Positions 61,742-64,000 of a stretch of 64,000 nt of DNA are shown piece by piece; position 1 is the first letter of the stretch; every line of letters begins with the position of its first letter. The position numbers and the translations under genes were made by a program. This DNA is from Coprobacillus sp. CAG:698. GTDB lineage: Bacteria > Bacillota_I > Bacilli_A > ML615J-28 > CAG-698. The notes under the pieces were generated by a model. It had not been told where the DNA came from, ran no database searches, and saw only the letters and a list, made by a program, of their open reading frames with translations. The stretch is from positions 72,647 through 136,646 of the forward strand of contig HF988734.1 of NCBI GenBank assembly GCA_000431235.1, written 5' to 3'.

Positions 61742-62551
61742 GTGTACTTAGAATTTAAAGAATATATACTTGGAAAATATGATATCAATTTAGAATTAGA
61801 AAACAAGACTATATATTTAGTTTTCTCAAGAAACAAAGAATATACATCTCGTTTTATCACTTCCATTTCTGGAATAAATTATCATAGTGGCAAATGCTTG
61901 TATAATGAAAATGATATATTTGATAATAAAGATTATTTCCAAAAGAGACTACTTATAGATTTTAATAAAAAATATATTAAAACTTTAAACTGGAAAATTG
62001 TTAGTGACTCGTTTAGCACATTTTCATATATAAAGTTTAATAGTGATACATTTAAAAAGTCAATTAATGAAGTTGACTTAAGGAGAGAAGTATTAATAAA
62101 AGATGAGTATAATTTTTCTGATTTAGGAATTAAATTATGTGCTTATTGCCTAATTAAAAGCTTAAACTATGAAAATTTATTAGTACTAAATCCATACACA
62201 AAAGGTAAACGTGAAGTAATCACTAAAGTCATAAGTGAAATAACTGATAGAAGTAAATATAATACTTCTATAATTGAGAATAATAACTTATCCATTCTGT
62301 CACAATATGTTGATAAAATAATTGTCTTAACAGACTATAATGATGCGAAAGTGATATCAAGAAATGATTCTTTTTTGATATGCAATGATAACATCTATTT
62401 ACGAAATAAAATATTTAGAGAAGATAGTATTGTAGTATCTATAAATGATTATACAAAAGAAGAACTTAAGAACTTAAATAAATGTAAACTTAAGTTTAAA
62501 ATAATAACTTTTAAAGAACTAATAGAATATTTAGGTGACAAATATGACTAA
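61742..62551 (+). CDS. Hypothetical protein, possibly a degenerate ABC-ATPase-like fold
   Basis: RBS AGGAGG. Faint resemblance to an ABC ATPase lacking Walker A (LLVLNPYT resembles a Walker B). Overlaps the next gene. Confidence 0.35.
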   Translation: MYLEFKEYILGKYDINLELENKTIYLVFSRNKEYTSRFITSISGINYHSGKCLYNENDIFDNKDYFQKRLLIDFNKKYIKTLNWKIVSDSFSTFSYIKFNSDTFKKSINEVDLRREVLIKDEYNFSDLGIKLCAYCLIKSLNYENLLVLNPYTKGKREVITKVISEITDRSKYNTSIIENNNLSILSQYVDKIIVLTDYNDAKVISRNDSFLICNDNIYLRNKIFREDSIVVSINDYTKEELKNLNKCKLKFKIITFKELIEYLGDKYD

Positions 62552-63104
62552 AAAGAAAATGCTTTATATTGGCATATATTTACTATTAATCATTCTCTCT
62601 ACAGCTTTATTGGGATCAAAAAAACTATTAGAAAATAAAATGTCATTAATACTTTTTTATGTAATGTCATTAGGTCTTATAATATATATTAATTCGTACA
62701 CAGAAAAGTTTGAAGTATATCTTGCTTTTGGGCAAACACGAAAAGAAATATTTAAGAACATATACACTAATATACTCATAATGATACTCTTTGCATTTCT
62801 AGGAGTAGTGATTAATGTTATTACAAAAGCCATATTATTTAAAAATGTTAATATAGTAGACGAATTAATTAGGTTTTATGAAAATGGTTCATTGTATCTA
62901 TTTTCTGTATCTATTAGCTTCTTAGTAATGATTTTATTTAAAAACAAATATATAAACCTAGTAATTGTAGCTATTACATTTGTTATGTTTCTTTGCAATA
63001 TAATGAGCTTATTTATTTTCTTAGGCTTTATTCTTATTGTATTATCAGTGATACTCTTATTCCTTAATAAATACTATATAATGAAAATAAAAGTTAAACA
63101 ATAA
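62535..63104 (+). CDS. Hypothetical membrane protein (about 6 TM)
   Basis: Overlaps the upstream gene by 17 nt, suggesting translational coupling. Confidence 0.4.
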   Translation: MTNMTKKKMLYIGIYLLLIILSTALLGSKKLLENKMSLILFYVMSLGLIIYINSYTEKFEVYLAFGQTRKEIFKNIYTNILIMILFAFLGVVINVITKAILFKNVNIVDELIRFYENGSLYLFSVSISFLVMILFKNKYINLVIVAITFVMFLCNIMSLFIFLGFILIVLSVILLFLNKYYIMKIKVKQ

Positions 63105-63131
63105 AAAAGTGGTGATTAGGCCACTTTTTAT
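63105..63131 (+). terminator. Intrinsic terminator
   Basis: AAGTGG-tgattagg-CCACTT followed by TTTTTT. Confidence 0.5.
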
Positions 63132-63237
63132 TATCTATTATTTTATCTTTAAATAGACAAAAAAATGAAAATTTATATTTTTTGACTATTTAAATTGATT
63201 TTATAACTACTTAGTGTTATAATTATGTTATGTATAG

Positions 63238-63471
63238 GAGTGGTTTTATGATTTTATATTAAGAGATGATCATTTAAATTATTCATATTTACAAATTGCT
63301 TACACGATTTTAGATAGTATTAAAACTGAAGACAGAGAATATGCTCCACATGAATTAATCAAAGATAATTATCCAAAGTATGTTCTAACAACAGACTTTC
63401 TAATCCAAAAAAGAAATGGAATTATTCATGCTAATATAGCTAATTTCATTGAAGATAATCTAAAATTTTAA
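63238..63471 (+). pseudogene. Start-less 78-codon reading frame; probable 3' remnant of an AAA_14/DUF4143-type ATPase gene
   Basis: The frame opens directly after a TAG and has no Met. The tail YVLTTDFLIQKRNGIIHANIANFI resembles DUF4143 ATPase C-termini. Confidence 0.25.
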
Positions 63472-63577
63472 TTATAAAAATAGCTGTGAAAAAAAGTTAT
63501 GTGACTATATTCACAGCCTTTTATTTTGGAAATATACAATTAAACATAAATTCACTTAAATAATCATAATATTAAGT

Positions 63578-64000
63578 ATGAGAAAAGAGACAGTAAAAAC
63601 AAATTATGGTAATATGAAGTTATTAATTTCTGATAATTTCAAAGATAAAAAGACAATTGTATTATTACATGGATGGGGAATGAATAAAGAAACCTTTCTA
63701 AAAATCTGTAATCGGTTAAAAGGGTTTAACTATATTATCTGTGATTTCTTAGGATTTGGTTCAAGTGATGATCCCATCAAGCCCTTAACAATAAATGATT
63801 ACGTGGAAACTGTAAAGAGGATAGTTGATAAATATCCTTCGAAGAAATATCTTTATTTGCTTGGTCACTCATTTGGAGGAAGAGTTGCCATTGCCTATGC
63901 TAGTAAGTATGAAGTTCGTAAAGTATTTTTAGTAAATGCAAAAGCTTTTAAAAATAGAAAAATAAAACATAAGGTAAAGATATTGAAATATAAATTAGTA
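63578..64000 (+). CDS. Alpha/beta hydrolase (partial, 3' end beyond window)
   Basis: HGWGM oxyanion region and nucleophile elbow GHSFGG. The frame is open to the window end. Confidence 0.6.
   Translation, partial: MRKETVKTNYGNMKLLISDNFKDKKTIVLLHGWGMNKETFLKICNRLKGFNYIICDFLGFGSSDDPIKPLTINDYVETVKRIVDKYPSKKYLYLLGHSFGGRVAIAYASKYEVRKVFLVNAKAFKNRKIKHKVKILKYKLV

Noticed and set aside
1-64000. CRISPR arrays, IS elements, integrases, tRNA/rRNA genes
   Set aside because: No regularly spaced direct repeats, no transposase/integrase-like ORFs, and no tRNA cloverleaf or rRNA-like conserved stretches were seen. The only tandem non-coding repeat is the sRNA-like pair at 19.4-19.7 kb.

Overview
This is low-GC (about 28-30% by eye) chromosomal DNA from a Bacillota (Firmicutes) endospore-former. 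Gene order matches several Bacillus subtilis blocks: polA-mutM-coaE; dnaB-dnaI-(T-box)-thrS; rpiB-upp; uvrB then mnmA-recD2; comEA-comEC-holA / rpsT(opposite strand) / gpr; pgsA-recA-rny-ymdB-spoVS; miaB-cotE; sufCDSUB. gpr, spoVS, cotE and a degenerate LytM (SpoIIQ-like) protein indicate sporulation. Codon usage is standard (UGG Trp, UAA-dominant stops), so this is not a UGA-recoding Mollicute. The window is mostly core housekeeping; I saw no integrase, transposase, CRISPR, rRNA or tRNA. Two cis-regulatory RNAs are recognisable: a T-box leader upstream of a NUDIX-thrS operon and a TPP riboswitch upstream of thiT. The most unusual signals are: (i) a tandem pair of near-identical small transcription units at 19.39-19.74 kb, each with promoter, hairpins, CU-rich tract and intrinsic terminator, which I read as a candidate sRNA pair; (ii) two adjacent paralogous giant lipoproteins (1070 and 878 aa) with a split PrsA-like parvulin domain; (iii) an in-frame Fpg-CoaE fusion; (iv) a catalytically degenerate CCA-nucleotidyltransferase-like gene coupled to yhaM; (v) a small accessory-looking patch at 50.3-55.0 kb containing a promoter-to-terminator small transcript, a tiny SD-driven peptide, a lipoprotein plus metzincin (HExxHxxGxxD) secreted protease, and 500 bp of palindrome-rich non-coding DNA. 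All family assignments rest on motifs I recognised by eye; no searches were run.
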